Positions 48,720-59,739 of a stretch of 64,000 nt of DNA are shown here, piece after piece. The DNA is from Mustelus asterias (lineage: Eukaryota). A program made the translations under genes and the position numbers. Location of the stretch: assembly GCF_964213995.1 (NCBI RefSeq), contig NW_027590511.1, positions 1-64,000 of the forward strand. Direction: 5' to 3'. The notes under the pieces are model-generated. The model saw nothing but the letters and a program-made list of their open reading frames with translations, ran no database searches and was not told the origin of the DNA. Numbering within the stretch: the first letter of the stretch is position 1; every line of letters starts with the position of its first letter.

Positions 48720-50520
48720 CACAAGGCTTTCTCTGGACGTTGCTGAAGAGATAGTGACAATTTAGTTGTAATTTTTCATAACTCGCTAAATTCCAGGAGG
48801 GTATCAGAAGATTGGAAAACAGCCAATGTGACTCCCGAGTTCAAAAAGGGAGAAAGGCAGAAGGCAGGGAACTATAGGCCAGTTAGTTTAACATCAATTA
48901 TTGGCAAGACGCTGGAGTCAAAGAGGAAATAGCTAATCATTCAGGAAAGCTGAATATAATCAAACTCGTCAACATGGTTTTATCAAAGATAAATCATGAT
49001 TGACAAATTTGCTTGAATTCTTTGAGGATGCAAGAGGAAGAGTAGGTCGAGCACAATCTGTAGATGTAGTTTATTTAGATAGAGCAGCACATCGCCAGGG
49101 ACCCGGGTTCAATTCCGGCCTTGTGTAACAGTCTGTGTGGAGTCTGCACGTTCTCCCCATGTCTGCATGGGTTTCCTCTGGGTGCTCCAGTTTCTTCCCA
49201 CAGTCCAAGGATGTGCGGGTTAGGTTGATTAGCCATGCTAAGTTGTCCCCTTGTGTCCCAATAGATATAGATTAGGGGGATTAGTGTGGTTAAAAATGTG
49301 GGGTTATGGGGATAGGACCTGGGAAAGATGCTCTGTTCGAGGGTCAGTGCAGACTTGATGAGCCAAATGGCATCCTGCACTCTAGGGATCCTATGATTTC
49401 CAAAAGGCATTTGACAAGGTCCCGCATAAGAGGCTGGTGCATAAAGTAAAAGCCCATGGAATTGTAGGAAGTGTGTAAGCATGGATTGAAAACTGGCCGT
49501 CACATAGAAAACAGAAAATTGGAATAAATGGGTCATTTTCAGAGTGGAAAAATGTAACTAGTGGAGTACCGCAGGGATCAGTTCTTCGCCTGCAATTGTT
49601 CATTATTCAATTAATGACCTGAAGAAAGGAACAGAATGTAAGGTTTCCAAATGATTCGAAGATAGGTGGACAGACATGTTGCGATGAGGATCTTTTGATT
49701 CTGCAACGGGATATAGATAGATTGAGTGACTGGGTGAAAACCTGGCAAATGGTGTTTAACGTGGGGAAGTGTAGGGTCATGTATTTCAGTAGGAGGAATC
49801 AAAAGGGAGATTATCTACATAGAGAGAGGCTGCAGTTGAATGAAGTACAGAGGGATCTAGGTGTTCTTGCACATGAATCACAAAAGGCTAGCAGACAGGT
49901 CCCACAATAGGTAAGAAGGGATTGGAGTTTAAAAACAGGAAAGTTTTGTTGCAATTGTACAGGGTGTTGGTGAAGCCTCACCTGGAATACTGTGTACATT
50001 TTTGATCCCCTTACCTAAACAAGGATATAGTAACATTGGAGATAGTTCAAAGGAGATTCGCCAGTCTAATTCCTGCGATTAGAGGGTGGTCCTATCAAGA
50101 GAGAATAAATTGTCTCGGTCTGTATTCATTGAAGTTTTGAAGTCAAAGGGGTGACTTTATTGAAGCATATAAGATCCTCAGGGGGCTTGACAGGGTAGAT
50201 GGTGAGATATTTTCCCCGAGTGGGAGAGTCACAAACAAGCTACAAGATAAAGGGTCGGTCATTTAAACTTGAGTTGCGCAGAAATGTTTTCTCGCAAAGG
50301 ATGGTGAATCTCTGGAATTCTCTGCCCCAAAGGGTGGTGGAGGCTGGATCATGAGAAGTATTTAAAGTGAGGTGGATAAATATTTGATAGATCGACGATT
50401 GGAGGGCTATAGGGAAATGGCACAGAAAAGAAGCTGAGGCCAGAATAGATCAGCTATGATTGGATTGAATGGTGGGGCAGGCTTGATGGGCCTGGTGGCC
50501 ACTCCTGCTTCTATTTCTTG
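48720..50520 (+). mobile_element. Decayed CR1 LINE ORF2 with a nested SINE, in the ZNF intron
   Basis: NYRPVSLTS, FQKAFDKVPH, SGVPQGSV and LQRDIDRL motifs with stops and frameshifts. Confidence 0.9.
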
Positions 50521-50732
50521 TCATCAGTTCCTGCAAGACAACAATTTCCCCAGAAAGTGTTACATTTGGACATAAATGAGTAGACTAATGTGTGAATACA
50601 CTGGTTAGAGAGACATGAAGAATGCGAGGAGGATTTTTATTTCGGCAGCGAGTGGTGACCTGGAAGTTAAAAATTCAACTCCAGAATAAGAGAAGAAATG
50701 GAAAGGGGGAGAAAAGAAAGTGTTTTACTCAC

Positions 50733-50795
50733 AGATGTTGGAGAGACAGAAGGAAGTTTCAGTCTGTCTGAAGCTCAATCTTCATTCAGAGAGAC
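50733..50795 (-). other. Putative 3' part of the ZNF first (non-coding) exon; Tx1 insertion target
   Basis: Ends at a strong T|GTGAGT donor (50732), on the same strand as and upstream of the ZNF exons. Confidence 0.5.
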
Positions 50796-50921
50796 CTCTT
50801 TTTAGGTCAAACCAAGTAAACAAACTCAAATTAAATCAGGACAAAGTAAAAGGGGCAGCTCCCCAAAAAGGAGGGGGAACAGCCCGAACAGAAATCAAAA
50901 TGCAAAGGAAACTTAAAAACA

Positions 50922-53900
50922 TCAAATTAAAATGTGGTTATTAGGGTCAATAATGCACCCCAACCCCTGCGGTGCCCAGCGGGCGCGGAAAGCGTCAACC
51001 TCGCCCGTGGACACCGCATGCTCCCTCTCCAGGGACACCTGGCCGCGAACGTAGCCGCGGTAGAGGGGAAGACAGTCAGGATGGACGGCCCCCTCGATCG
51101 CCCGCTGCCTGGACCGGTAAATGGCGCGTTTCGCCAGGCCCAGGAGCAGGTTCACGAGGAGGTCGCCATCCCGACCCTCCCCTCTCCGCACCGGGTGTCC
51201 GTAGATCAGGAGCGTGGGACTGAAGTGCAAACAAAACATCAATAAAAGATTCTTCAGGAAAACATAAAGGGAGTGCAGCCTAAGACACTCAACATAGACA
51301 TGGTCCACGGACTCCACAAGGCCACAGAAAGGGCAGTCTTCGGAGCCCGTGAACCAGTGAATCCTACGGTTGTGCGGAACTGCTGCATGCATCACCCTCC
51401 ACCCCAGGTCCCCGACGTAATTGGGGGAGATCCCTCCGTAGAGGGACCTCCAGCGGGGACCTCCGCCGCCCGGCGGCAACAAGGCCCGCCAAGGTGTATC
51501 CGGGCGACAGGCGAGGAGGCGGTAGTGGAAGGTGTGCAGCAGCAGCCCGCACAGGAAACGCCTCCGCGCGGTAGAAAAAGGCACGGAGGGCATTTCCGCG
51601 AGGCGGCTCAGGCTGTGGGGCACCTCACCCAGGGGAGGGGGCTGAGGCTTTGGGCCAATGTGGAATTCCGCCCGAACAGGGGAACGCTCGGGCGGGATCC
51701 CACCGCACGCCTGTGCCGTCTCAAGTTTGCGTGCAGTTTCGGGGCCGAGCACGACCGTCCTAAGGTCTAGGATGGCTTTGGCCGCGCGCCGGACGGACGT
51801 CCCCGCGCGCTCAGCCAGCACGCGGGGACTCATCCAGCCCGCTCCTCCGCCATCGAGCACGTCCCCGATTCTGGTCACCCCGGCGTCCACAGCCCCCCTC
51901 TCCGCCAGCCACCTGAAGTTATACGGCTGGAGGAGCGGATTCCTGAGCAGCGGCTCTCGCACGAGAGCCGCTACTCCTGACGGGGGAGAGCTGCGTCGCG
52001 AGGCGACCTTGTTCCAGACAGTGAGGAGGTCCTGGTAAAAGACGGGCAACTCCTGCAGGGCGGTCGAAGCACGCCCCAGTTCGATATGCAGGAGCTGCAC
52101 GTCATAATTGAGGCCGTGCCACTGGCGGAAGAAATACGTCGCCATGGCACACCGCTGTGGAGGGGGCTCAACGTAAAGGTACCTCTGCAGGGCCTGGAGG
52201 CGGAAGGTCGCTATCTGAGTGCGGAGGCACACCAGACCTTGTCCGCCCTCCTCAAGAGGGAGATACAGGACCGCAGCAGGGACCCAGTGCAGTCGATTGC
52301 CCCAGAAGAACCGCACGAGGGTTCTCTGGATATCGGTGACAAAGCCAGGGGGAGGGGTCAAAGGGACCAGCCGGTACCACAGCATGGAGGCGACCAGCTG
52401 GTTTATGACGCGAGCTCGCGCCCCGTAGGACAGCACTCGGAGCAGTCCTGTCCAGCGACCCAGGCGGGCGGAGACTTTGGCCTCCAGCTCCCGCCAGTTC
52501 GCCGGCCAGGATTCCTCGGCTGGGCAGAGATGGGCCCCCAAGTAGAGGAGGTTGGTCCTGCTCCAGGTGAAAGGCCTGAGCTCCTCCGGGAGGGGGTCCG
52601 TCTCCCAAGGACCGACAAGGAGTCCGGAGCACTTGGCCCAGTTGATCCTGGCGGAGGACGCGGCGGAGTACACCGCCTGGCATTCTCGCATCCTCCGCAG
52701 GTCAGCCGGGTCCGTGAACATGAGGAGCACGTCGTCGGCGTAAGCTGACAGGACCACCCCTACGTCCGGTCCGCGCAGGACCAAACCTGACAACCTCCTC
52801 CGCAAGAGGCGCAGGAATGGCTCCACGCATACGGAATACAGTTGGCCGGACAAGGGGCAGCCCTGCCGTACTCCTCTCCCGAAGCGAAGGGGCGCCGTCA
52901 GGGACCCGTTAACCTTAATCAGACACTCTGCGGCAGAGTACAGTAATCGGATCCGGGCGACAAAATGCGTCCCGAACCCGAATGCCCGCAGAGTCCCGAG
53001 TAAATACTCGTGCTCCACCCTGTCGAACGCCTTCTCCTGATCTAATGACAAGAAGGCGCCCGACAGACCAGCCCTCTGGGTGTGATGGATTAGGTCCCGG
53101 ACCAGGTGGAGATTGTCATGTATGCAACGGCCCGGGACCGTGTAGGACTGGTCAGGGTGGATCAAGTGGTCCAGCACGGATCCAAGGCGTGAAGCCATAG
53201 CCCTGGCAAAGATTTTATAATCCGTGCTGAGGAGGGAGACCGGGCGCCAGTTCTTGAGCAGGTGGAGATCCCCCTTCTTGGGCAGCAGGGCAATGACGGC
53301 CCTGCGCCACGAAAGGGGCATCTCCCCGGTAGCGACGCTGTCCCCCAGGACCCCCGCGTAGTCGCTCCCCAGGACGTCCCAGAACGCCCTGAAGAACTCT
53401 ACTGTCAGCCCGTCCAGCCCAGGGGCCTTGCCCCGGCTGAGGCCATTTAGGGCGCCGGTCAGCTCGGCCATGGTGGTAGGGGCCTCGAGCCTGCCGACGC
53501 CCTCCGGGCCGACCTGCGGCAGGTCCTCCCACAGAAGTCTGCGGGCATCCTCGCTGGACGGATCCGGAGAGAAGAGCGAGGTGTAATACTCCCGGGCAAT
53601 GGCCCGGATGCCCTCCGGATCCGAGACGGGGGAACCGTCGTCGGCCAGCAGCGTAAGGAGCTGCTGACGGTTAGCCCGCCCTCTTTCCAGCGAGTAGAAG
53701 AAGGGGGAGCCGCGGTCCAGGTCCACCTGGAACTGGAGCCGCGACCTCACGTACGCGCCGCGAGACCTGGCAAGCTGCAGGTCTCGCAGCGCGTCCTTCT
53801 TCTCCCTGTACTCCGAACGCAGGGCCGGGTCCGCGTCAGGCCGACTGAGACGTGCCTCCAGGTCGAGCACCTCCTTCTCCAACTCCTCGAGCCTGGATTT

Positions 53901-54815
53901 CCGCCTCTTTGTCGACCCCCTCGCGTACCCCTGACAGAAGGTACGGACGTGAGTCTTGCCCACATCCCACCAGAGCCTCAAGGAGGGGAAGCCTCCCCGC
54001 TTCCTTCTCCAGCCGGCCCAGAATCGACGGAACGAGTCCAGGAAGCGCTCGTCCTCCAGCAGCGTGTTGTTAAAGTGCCAGTACGCGGACCCCCGCCGGA
54101 TGCGAGACGGCGCAAAGTCCGCCCACACCAGGCTGTGGTCCGTGCTCGACACCGGCCGCATGGAGACCGAGGACACGCCGGACACGTGCGCCTTCGAAAT
54201 GTAAAGGCGGTCGAGCCTGGACGCTCCGACTCCAGGCCTCACGAAAGTGAAGGCGCTGGAGCCAGGATGGAGATGTCTCCAGACGTCCACCAAGTCGTGG
54301 GACCCGATCAGGTCCCGCAACTTCACCACCGCCGGAGTGCGCAGCCAGGGGCCGGTGCGGTCCCGTGCCTCGAGGATGCAGTTGAAATCTCCCCCGAGGA
54401 TAATGCATTCGCCCCCCGCGATGGTGTCGATGTGAGCGGACACTTTCTCGTAGAAAGTCGTTTGCTGCGGTCCAGCGGTCGGGGCGTAGACATTCAGCAA
54501 GTGAATGACCACGCCCCCCTCACGGACCGTCAAGTGCAGCAACCGGCCTGGCACCGGCTCCTTGACCCCCAAGATCTCCGGCTTATAACGCGGGGCCAAC
54601 AAGATAGCCACCCCGCAAGAAGCGAGCGTGAGGTGGCTCATGTAGACCCCCCCTCGCCACTCCAGGAGCCATTGGGCTTCGTCTCCCGGAACGGTGTGGG
54701 TTTCCTGCAGGAAACACACCGCATACTTCCCGTCACGGAGGACCGAGAAGTTCTGGAACCTGCGGTGTGGCCCACTGCTGCCGTTGATGTTGAGGCTGGC
54801 TATGGTCACCTTCAT
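50922..54815 (-). CDS. Tx1 ORF2p, 1297 aa: APE endonuclease, reverse transcriptase, C-terminal zinc motif
   Basis: SLNING, LQETH, NVYAP, GGDFN, SRLD, TDH; KAPGLDG, WRPVSLL, DQEKAFDRV, GVRQGCPLS, YADD; CPFCG..ESVDH...C. Confidence 0.97.
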   Translation of the reverse strand: MKVTIASLNINGSSGPHRRFQNFSVLRDGKYAVCFLQETHTVPGDEAQWLLEWRGGVYMSHLTLASCGVAILLAPRYKPEILGVKEPVPGRLLHLTVREGGVVIHLLNVYAPTAGPQQTTFYEKVSAHIDTIAGGECIILGGDFNCILEARDRTGPWLRTPAVVKLRDLIGSHDLVDVWRHLHPGSSAFTFVRPGVGASRLDRLYISKAHVSGVSSVSMRPVSSTDHSLVWADFAPSRIRRGSAYWHFNNTLLEDERFLDSFRRFWAGWRRKRGGFPSLRLWWDVGKTHVRTFCQGYARGSTKRRKSRLEELEKEVLDLEARLSRPDADPALRSEYREKKDALRDLQLARSRGAYVRSRLQFQVDLDRGSPFFYSLERGRANRQQLLTLLADDGSPVSDPEGIRAIAREYYTSLFSPDPSSEDARRLLWEDLPQVGPEGVGRLEAPTTMAELTGALNGLSRGKAPGLDGLTVEFFRAFWDVLGSDYAGVLGDSVATGEMPLSWRRAVIALLPKKGDLHLLKNWRPVSLLSTDYKIFARAMASRLGSVLDHLIHPDQSYTVPGRCIHDNLHLVRDLIHHTQRAGLSGAFLSLDQEKAFDRVEHEYLLGTLRAFGFGTHFVARIRLLYSAAECLIKVNGSLTAPLRFGRGVRQGCPLSGQLYSVCVEPFLRLLRRRLSGLVLRGPDVGVVLSAYADDVLLMFTDPADLRRMRECQAVYSAASSARINWAKCSGLLVGPWETDPLPEELRPFTWSRTNLLYLGAHLCPAEESWPANWRELEAKVSARLGRWTGLLRVLSYGARARVINQLVASMLWYRLVPLTPPPGFVTDIQRTLVRFFWGNRLHWVPAAVLYLPLEEGGQGLVCLRTQIATFRLQALQRYLYVEPPPQRCAMATYFFRQWHGLNYDVQLLHIELGRASTALQELPVFYQDLLTVWNKVASRRSSPPSGVAALVREPLLRNPLLQPYNFRWLAERGAVDAGVTRIGDVLDGGGAGWMSPRVLAERAGTSVRRAAKAILDLRTVVLGPETARKLETAQACGGIPPERSPVRAEFHIGPKPQPPPLGEVPHSLSRLAEMPSVPFSTARRRFLCGLLLHTFHYRLLACRPDTPWRALLPPGGGGPRWRSLYGGISPNYVGDLGWRVMHAAVPHNRRIHWFTGSEDCPFCGLVESVDHVYVECLRLHSLYVFLKNLLLMFCLHFSPTLLIYGHPVRRGEGRDGDLLVNLLLGLAKRAIYRSRQRAIEGAVHPDCLPLYRGYVRGQVSLEREHAVSTGEVDAFRARWAPQGLGCIIDPNNHILI

Positions 54816-54836
54816 GTCAGCAGCTTTGTGCCACCG

Positions 54837-56933
54837 TCACCACTTAACTAGGTGTTGGGGGGGCGCTGGCGCAATTCTCACCAGTCCACCCCCCACCTTT
54901 TCGAGCCTGTGGAGGAACCGCAGTACCCAGCGCCGCTCTATTTTCTCCAGGCCCGCGGAGGCATGCGAGCATGCCTTCACGGACCGGACGAGCTGCGCCA
55001 GGTCCGGCCAGTGGCCGAGGGCTAGCCGGATTATGTCGGAGCGACCGGAATGGTTACGGATAAAGACCCTGAGGTCCTTGGAGGGGATGAGGGACGACTC
55101 GGTGGGGGGCACGAGGGAGTCCCCCGCCTCGCTCTGGGCAGACTCTGAAAGTGTCCCCGTGCCCTCCACCGAGCCGCTGACCTCCTCAGGGCGGTCGCCC
55201 CTCGACTCCGAGTCCCCCGCCGCAGGACGTACGGCGGGCGGCACGGAGCCACCAACTAGCCCTAGCCCCTCCCCGATCCCACCCCCAGGATCGGTGGAGG
55301 AGGGGTTCCCCCCGGGCTCACCTTTCCCGGATTGCGGGCCCCCGTGCGACGGCGGCCCAGCCCCCCCCCCCGCCCCAGACGCTTGGACACCCCCCAGGTC
55401 CGGTGTATCCTTCGGACTGAGGTTGGGGATGTCCAGCGTCCAAGGTCGGGACGGAGAGGACGAGTGGATCGTCTCTTCGCCGCCGCCGCACGAGGACATG
55501 AACATTGGAGTGTCGCCCCAGTCCCCCGACAGACTGAAGAAGAACTCCGGGTTGTAACCGGCCGGGTGGAACGGAACCGTGGGGGCCCCGCTGCCACCCG
55601 GCCCCGGAGACTCCTCGCCGGGGGACTGAGGCAACACATGCTTGGATTTGCAGGGTGCCTTGCCCCCTTTTTTCGCGGGACAAGGCACAAAGACAGGTGG
55701 GGGCACGGCAGGAGATGACTCACAAGGGGGGAGGGGCACGCAGACCTCGAACTCCACGGTGCCCGAGGGGCCCCGCCTCTTTTTGTTAACCTGCCCTCGG
55801 GCAGGCGAGGCCCCTCGCCCTCCGCCCCTCTTCGCCTTGCCGCGCCCCCCCTGCTCTCCCGTCACTTCCCCCCGAGGTGGCGGCGTCGCCAGTTTTGCCG
55901 GCTCGGGGTCGCTTACCCCCCCATGCTCGGGCCCATGATCCCGGGCGCCGGACCCAGCACTAGGCCCCGGAGAGCCTACGGGCCCGGCAGATGGTGGTGG
56001 TGGGGGGGCGCAGGTGGAGACTGAGGCGGTCCCCGAGCCGGCTGCCGGGGTGGTTGGGGTGTTTTCCCTGGGGGCCGGGGTTCCGGTACCCCCCTTCTTT
56101 TTTGTAGGTCCCTTCTGGGCCTTTTGGCCGCGCGGGGGCTCCGCTCCCCCCCCGCCGGCAGCTGAGGTGGCAGCTGCTGCCGGCGTGGCCTCCCCTCGCG
56201 GGGGGGCAGATGGTACTCGCTTGGGGGGAGAGGGGGCTGCGGTGCCAGCTGCGGCCGCCTTGGGTTGGTGGTCGGCGGCCTTGGAGACGGGGCAGTTTTT
56301 CCTCACGTGCCCCGCCTCCTTACAGGCATGGCACCGCACACCGTCCGCGGACCAAAAGACCCGGTAAGTGGTCCCCTCGTGGGGGACATTGAACCCTCCC
56401 TCCAGTTCCTCCTCCCGGGCCAGGCGGACAAAAACCTGGCGCCGGAAGGAGTATATATGGCGGAGGGAGGGGTCCCGAAGGCCGAGCGGGATCGGCTGCA
56501 CCCCGGACCTGACCTCCCCCAGTAGATGGAGGTGGGGGAGGAGGAGCTCACTCGGTAGGAAGGGCGGGACGTTCGATATTACTATCTTGTGGGCGGTGGC
56601 CTCCAATGGGTCCACCGCCAGGAACGTCCCGCCCACCGTGAGCCCCTTTTCCAGGGCGAGGCGAACCGCCCGCTCGGCCTTCAGGAAGAATACGGCCCGG
56701 CCGTACATCTTTGAGGCCGCGACAATGGCTGAGGGGCCGACAACCACAGCCATTGCCTTAACGCAGGCCTCGATAGACATGTCGGGGTGGGCGTAGCACT
56801 TCACCCCGAGCTGCCGCGTGATTAAAGAGAATGGCGGCAGGGCCTTGGGAGCGGCGGGGGCTCTGGCAGCCGCCACGCCCGCATAGGTGGGCCGAGAAGG
56901 CCCTGCCACCGGCGACGCTGGTGATGTCGCCAT
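54837..56933 (-). CDS. Tx1 ORF1p, 698 aa, with CCHC zinc knuckle
   Basis: KIVISNVPPF and SFRRQVF Tx1 ORF1 motifs; CHACKEAGHVRKNC; Pro/Gly-rich tail. Confidence 0.93.
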   Translation of the reverse strand: MATSPASPVAGPSRPTYAGVAAARAPAAPKALPPFSLITRQLGVKCYAHPDMSIEACVKAMAVVVGPSAIVAASKMYGRAVFFLKAERAVRLALEKGLTVGGTFLAVDPLEATAHKIVISNVPPFLPSELLLPHLHLLGEVRSGVQPIPLGLRDPSLRHIYSFRRQVFVRLAREEELEGGFNVPHEGTTYRVFWSADGVRCHACKEAGHVRKNCPVSKAADHQPKAAAAGTAAPSPPKRVPSAPPRGEATPAAAATSAAGGGGAEPPRGQKAQKGPTKKKGGTGTPAPRENTPTTPAAGSGTASVSTCAPPPPPSAGPVGSPGPSAGSGARDHGPEHGGVSDPEPAKLATPPPRGEVTGEQGGRGKAKRGGGRGASPARGQVNKKRRGPSGTVEFEVCVPLPPCESSPAVPPPVFVPCPAKKGGKAPCKSKHVLPQSPGEESPGPGGSGAPTVPFHPAGYNPEFFFSLSGDWGDTPMFMSSCGGGEETIHSSSPSRPWTLDIPNLSPKDTPDLGGVQASGAGGGAGPPSHGGPQSGKGEPGGNPSSTDPGGGIGEGLGLVGGSVPPAVRPAAGDSESRGDRPEEVSGSVEGTGTLSESAQSEAGDSLVPPTESSLIPSKDLRVFIRNHSGRSDIIRLALGHWPDLAQLVRSVKACSHASAGLEKIERRWVLRFLHRLEKVGGGLVRIAPAPPQHLVKW

Positions 56934-57324
56934 TGTATCAGGGGAAGTGCTACACCCACCCCGAGACTGCCCAGATGCACGGCAGGGCGTATGTGGGATG
57001 GGGAAGATAAGGCAGGGTGGGGTAGGCGGGGAAGGGTGTAGGTGCTCTCTCCCCGGAGCGAGAGAGGGAGAGAGGAGGTTGGAGGAGCAGGAGGGAGACG
57101 AGGCACAAGGCCGGTGCCCCAGTCAGGAGGGAAAAAGGGGAGGGGGTGCCGGTCCCGGGGGCAGCAGCAGTGGGTAGGGGAAATAGGAAAGGTCTTCACC
57201 CCCCCACTGCAGATGGAGAAGAGACAGTCCAAACGCCTTCGCCCCACCCCCCCTTCTCCTCCAGTTACTCCCTGTCCTCTCTTCCTCCCTCCCCCCGGGG
57301 AGAGCGCACCCTCCAGAGGCCGGA

Positions 57325-57740
57325 TGGCAGGCAAGCAGGCAGTCAGGCAGTCCAGACGGCAGGTAGGCCAAACGGCAAGCAGGCAGGCAGGCAGTCCAGA
57401 CGGCAGGCAGCCCAGACGGCAGGCAGGCAGGCAGTCCAGACGGCAGGCAGGTAAGCAGGCCAGACGGCAGGCAGGCAGGTAAGCAGGCCAGACGGCAGGC
57501 AGGTAAGCAGGCCAGACGGCAGGCAGGTAAGCAGGCCAGACGGCAGGCAGGCAGGTAAGCAGGCCAGACGGCAGGTAAGCAGGCCAGACGGCAGGCAGGC
57601 AGGTAAGCAGGCCAGACGGCAGGCAGGCAGGTAAGCAGGCCAGACGGCAGGCAGGCAGGTAAGCAGGCCAGACGGCAGGCAGGCAGGTAAGCAGGCCAGA
57701 CGGCAGGCAGGCAGGCAACAGGCAGGCCGGGCAAGGCAGG
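57325..57740. repeat. (GCAG)-based 19-27 bp tandem repeat in the Tx1 5'UTR
   Basis: GGTAAGCAGGCCAGACG(GCAG)1-3 units. Confidence 0.92.
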
Positions 57741-58030
57741 CAGCAGCTCACCTCCCTCCTTCCTCCCCGCAGGGAGCGAAAAACAAACAAACCCAACAAA
57801 ACAAAAACAAAAACCGGGCGTCTCCGTGAGCAAAAACGAGAAAAAAAAAATAAAGGTACTCACAAAAAAAGAAAAGAAAACAAACCCACAGTTTCCGCCC
57901 GGCTCCGACCCGGGGCCCCCCGCTACTCGGGCGAACGTGAACTCACCCCACCCCGGAAACAAAGTGCAGGCGCTGCCCCAGAGGAGGCACGTTTCAGGCC
58001 GTCTGAAGCTCAATCTTCATTCAGAGGGAC

Positions 58031-59141
58031 CTCTTTTTAGGTCAAACCAAGTAAACAAACTCAAATTAAATCAGGACAAAGTAAAAGGGGCAGCTCCCCA
58101 AAAAGGAGGGGGAACAGCCCGAACAGAAATCAAAATACAAAGGAAACTTAAAAACATCAAATTAAAATGTGATTATTAGGGTCAATAATGCACCCCAACC
58201 CCTGCGGTGCCCAGCGGGCGCGGAAAGCGTCAACCTCGCCCGTGGACACCGCATGCTCCCTCTCCAGGGACACCTGGCCGCGAACGTAGCCGCGGTAGAG
58301 GGGCAGACAGTCAGGATGGACGGCCCCCTCGATCGCCCGCTGCCTGGACCGCTAAATGGCGCGTTTCGCCAGGCCCAGGAGCAGGTTCACGAGGAGGTCG
58401 CCATCCCGACCCTCCCCTCTCCGCACCGGGTGTCCGTAGATCAGGAGCGTGGGACTGAAGTGCAAACAAAACATCAATAAAAGGATCTTTAGAAAAACAT
58501 AAAGGGAGTGCAGCCTAAGACACTCAACATAGACATGGTCCACGGACTCCACAAGGCCACAGAAAGGGCAGTCTTCGGAGCCCGTGAACCAGTGAATCCT
58601 ACGGTTGTGCGGAACTGCTGCATGCATCACCCTCCACCCCAGGTCCCCGACGTAATTGGGGGAGATCCCTCCGTAGAGGGACCTCCAGCGGGGACCTCCG
58701 CCGCCCGGCGGCAACAAGGCCCGCCAAGGTGTATCCGGGCGACAGGCGAGGAGGCGGTAGTGGAGGGTGTGCAGCAGCAGCCCGCACAGGAAACGCCTCC
58801 GCGCGGTAGAAAAAGGCACGGAGGGCATTTCCGCGAGGCGGCTCAGGCTGTGGGGCACCTCACCCAGGGGAGGGGGCTGAGGCTTTGGGCCAATGTGGAA
58901 TTCCGCCCGAACAGGGGAACGCTCGGGCGGGATCCCACCGCACGCCTGCGCCGTCTCAAGTTTGCGTGCAGTTTCGGGGCCGAGCACGACCGTCCTAAGG
59001 TCTAGGATGGCTTTGGCCGCGCGCCAGACGGACGTCCCCGCGCGCTCAGCCAGCACGCGGGGACTCATCCAGCCCGCCCCTCTCTCATCGAGCACGTCCC
59101 CGATTCTGGTCACCCCGGCGTCCACAGCCCCCCTCTCCGCC
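58031..59141 (-). mobile_element. 5'-truncated tandem Tx1 copy, 1.1 kb
   Basis: Near-identical to 50796-51906; TAC>TAG nonsense change at 58352-58354. Confidence 0.96.
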
Positions 59142-59739
59142 GGTCTGCGCCTTCACAAGACTCTGGACACAATGGGTAAAGAGAGATAGAGAGTGAGAGA
59201 TGGATTCATATCTATACATGATGAGAGAGAGAGAGATTGCCCCAATACAAACATCACTCCCCAACCTCTCTATCCCCCTCCCCAGCAACTATCTGAAGCT
59301 AAATTAATGTCACAACATTACTGCCATCTTTTACCCAAAACTTAGCTTCAGACCCTGTCCCTCTATATTTAACCACCCCGTCTCTGACATCTCCTCCAGT
59401 CACACAACCCTGTGAGATGTCTGCACCGCTCTAATTGTGGCATCATGAGCGTTCCACATGCAACATGACTTGCATCGATAAACTCTCATCTCCAACATTT
59501 CAATTGAAATTTCAAAGCTCAATGGCTTTGAAGCCGAATGGTCCAGATTGCCATGGCCTTCAATGTGAACAAGTTGTTAGTGATGTCACTACAGAGGTTG
59601 TCTAGGAAACAATGACTGAACACAGGGGGTGAATGTGAGAAGCTGAAGTTTCCACTTGAAGACATTCCCAGTGTCTCTGAGCAGCTGAACTGGGGAAGCC
59701 TTTGGGCAGAGACTGTGCTGCTGCTATTGCCCTTCCTGG

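Larger units (their letters stand above)
50796..58000 (-). mobile_element. Full-length intact Tx1 (L1 clade) non-LTR retrotransposon, about 7.2 kb
   Basis: About 1.07-kb 5'UTR with tandem repeats, two open ORFs 21 nt apart, and a 126-nt 3'UTR ending CCTAAAAAGAG. Confidence 0.96.

Noticed and set aside
50934-59189. Many antisense and alternate-frame ORFs in Tx1, including the LPAC repeats
   Set aside because: By-products of high GC content and the 5'UTR repeats; no independent motifs.
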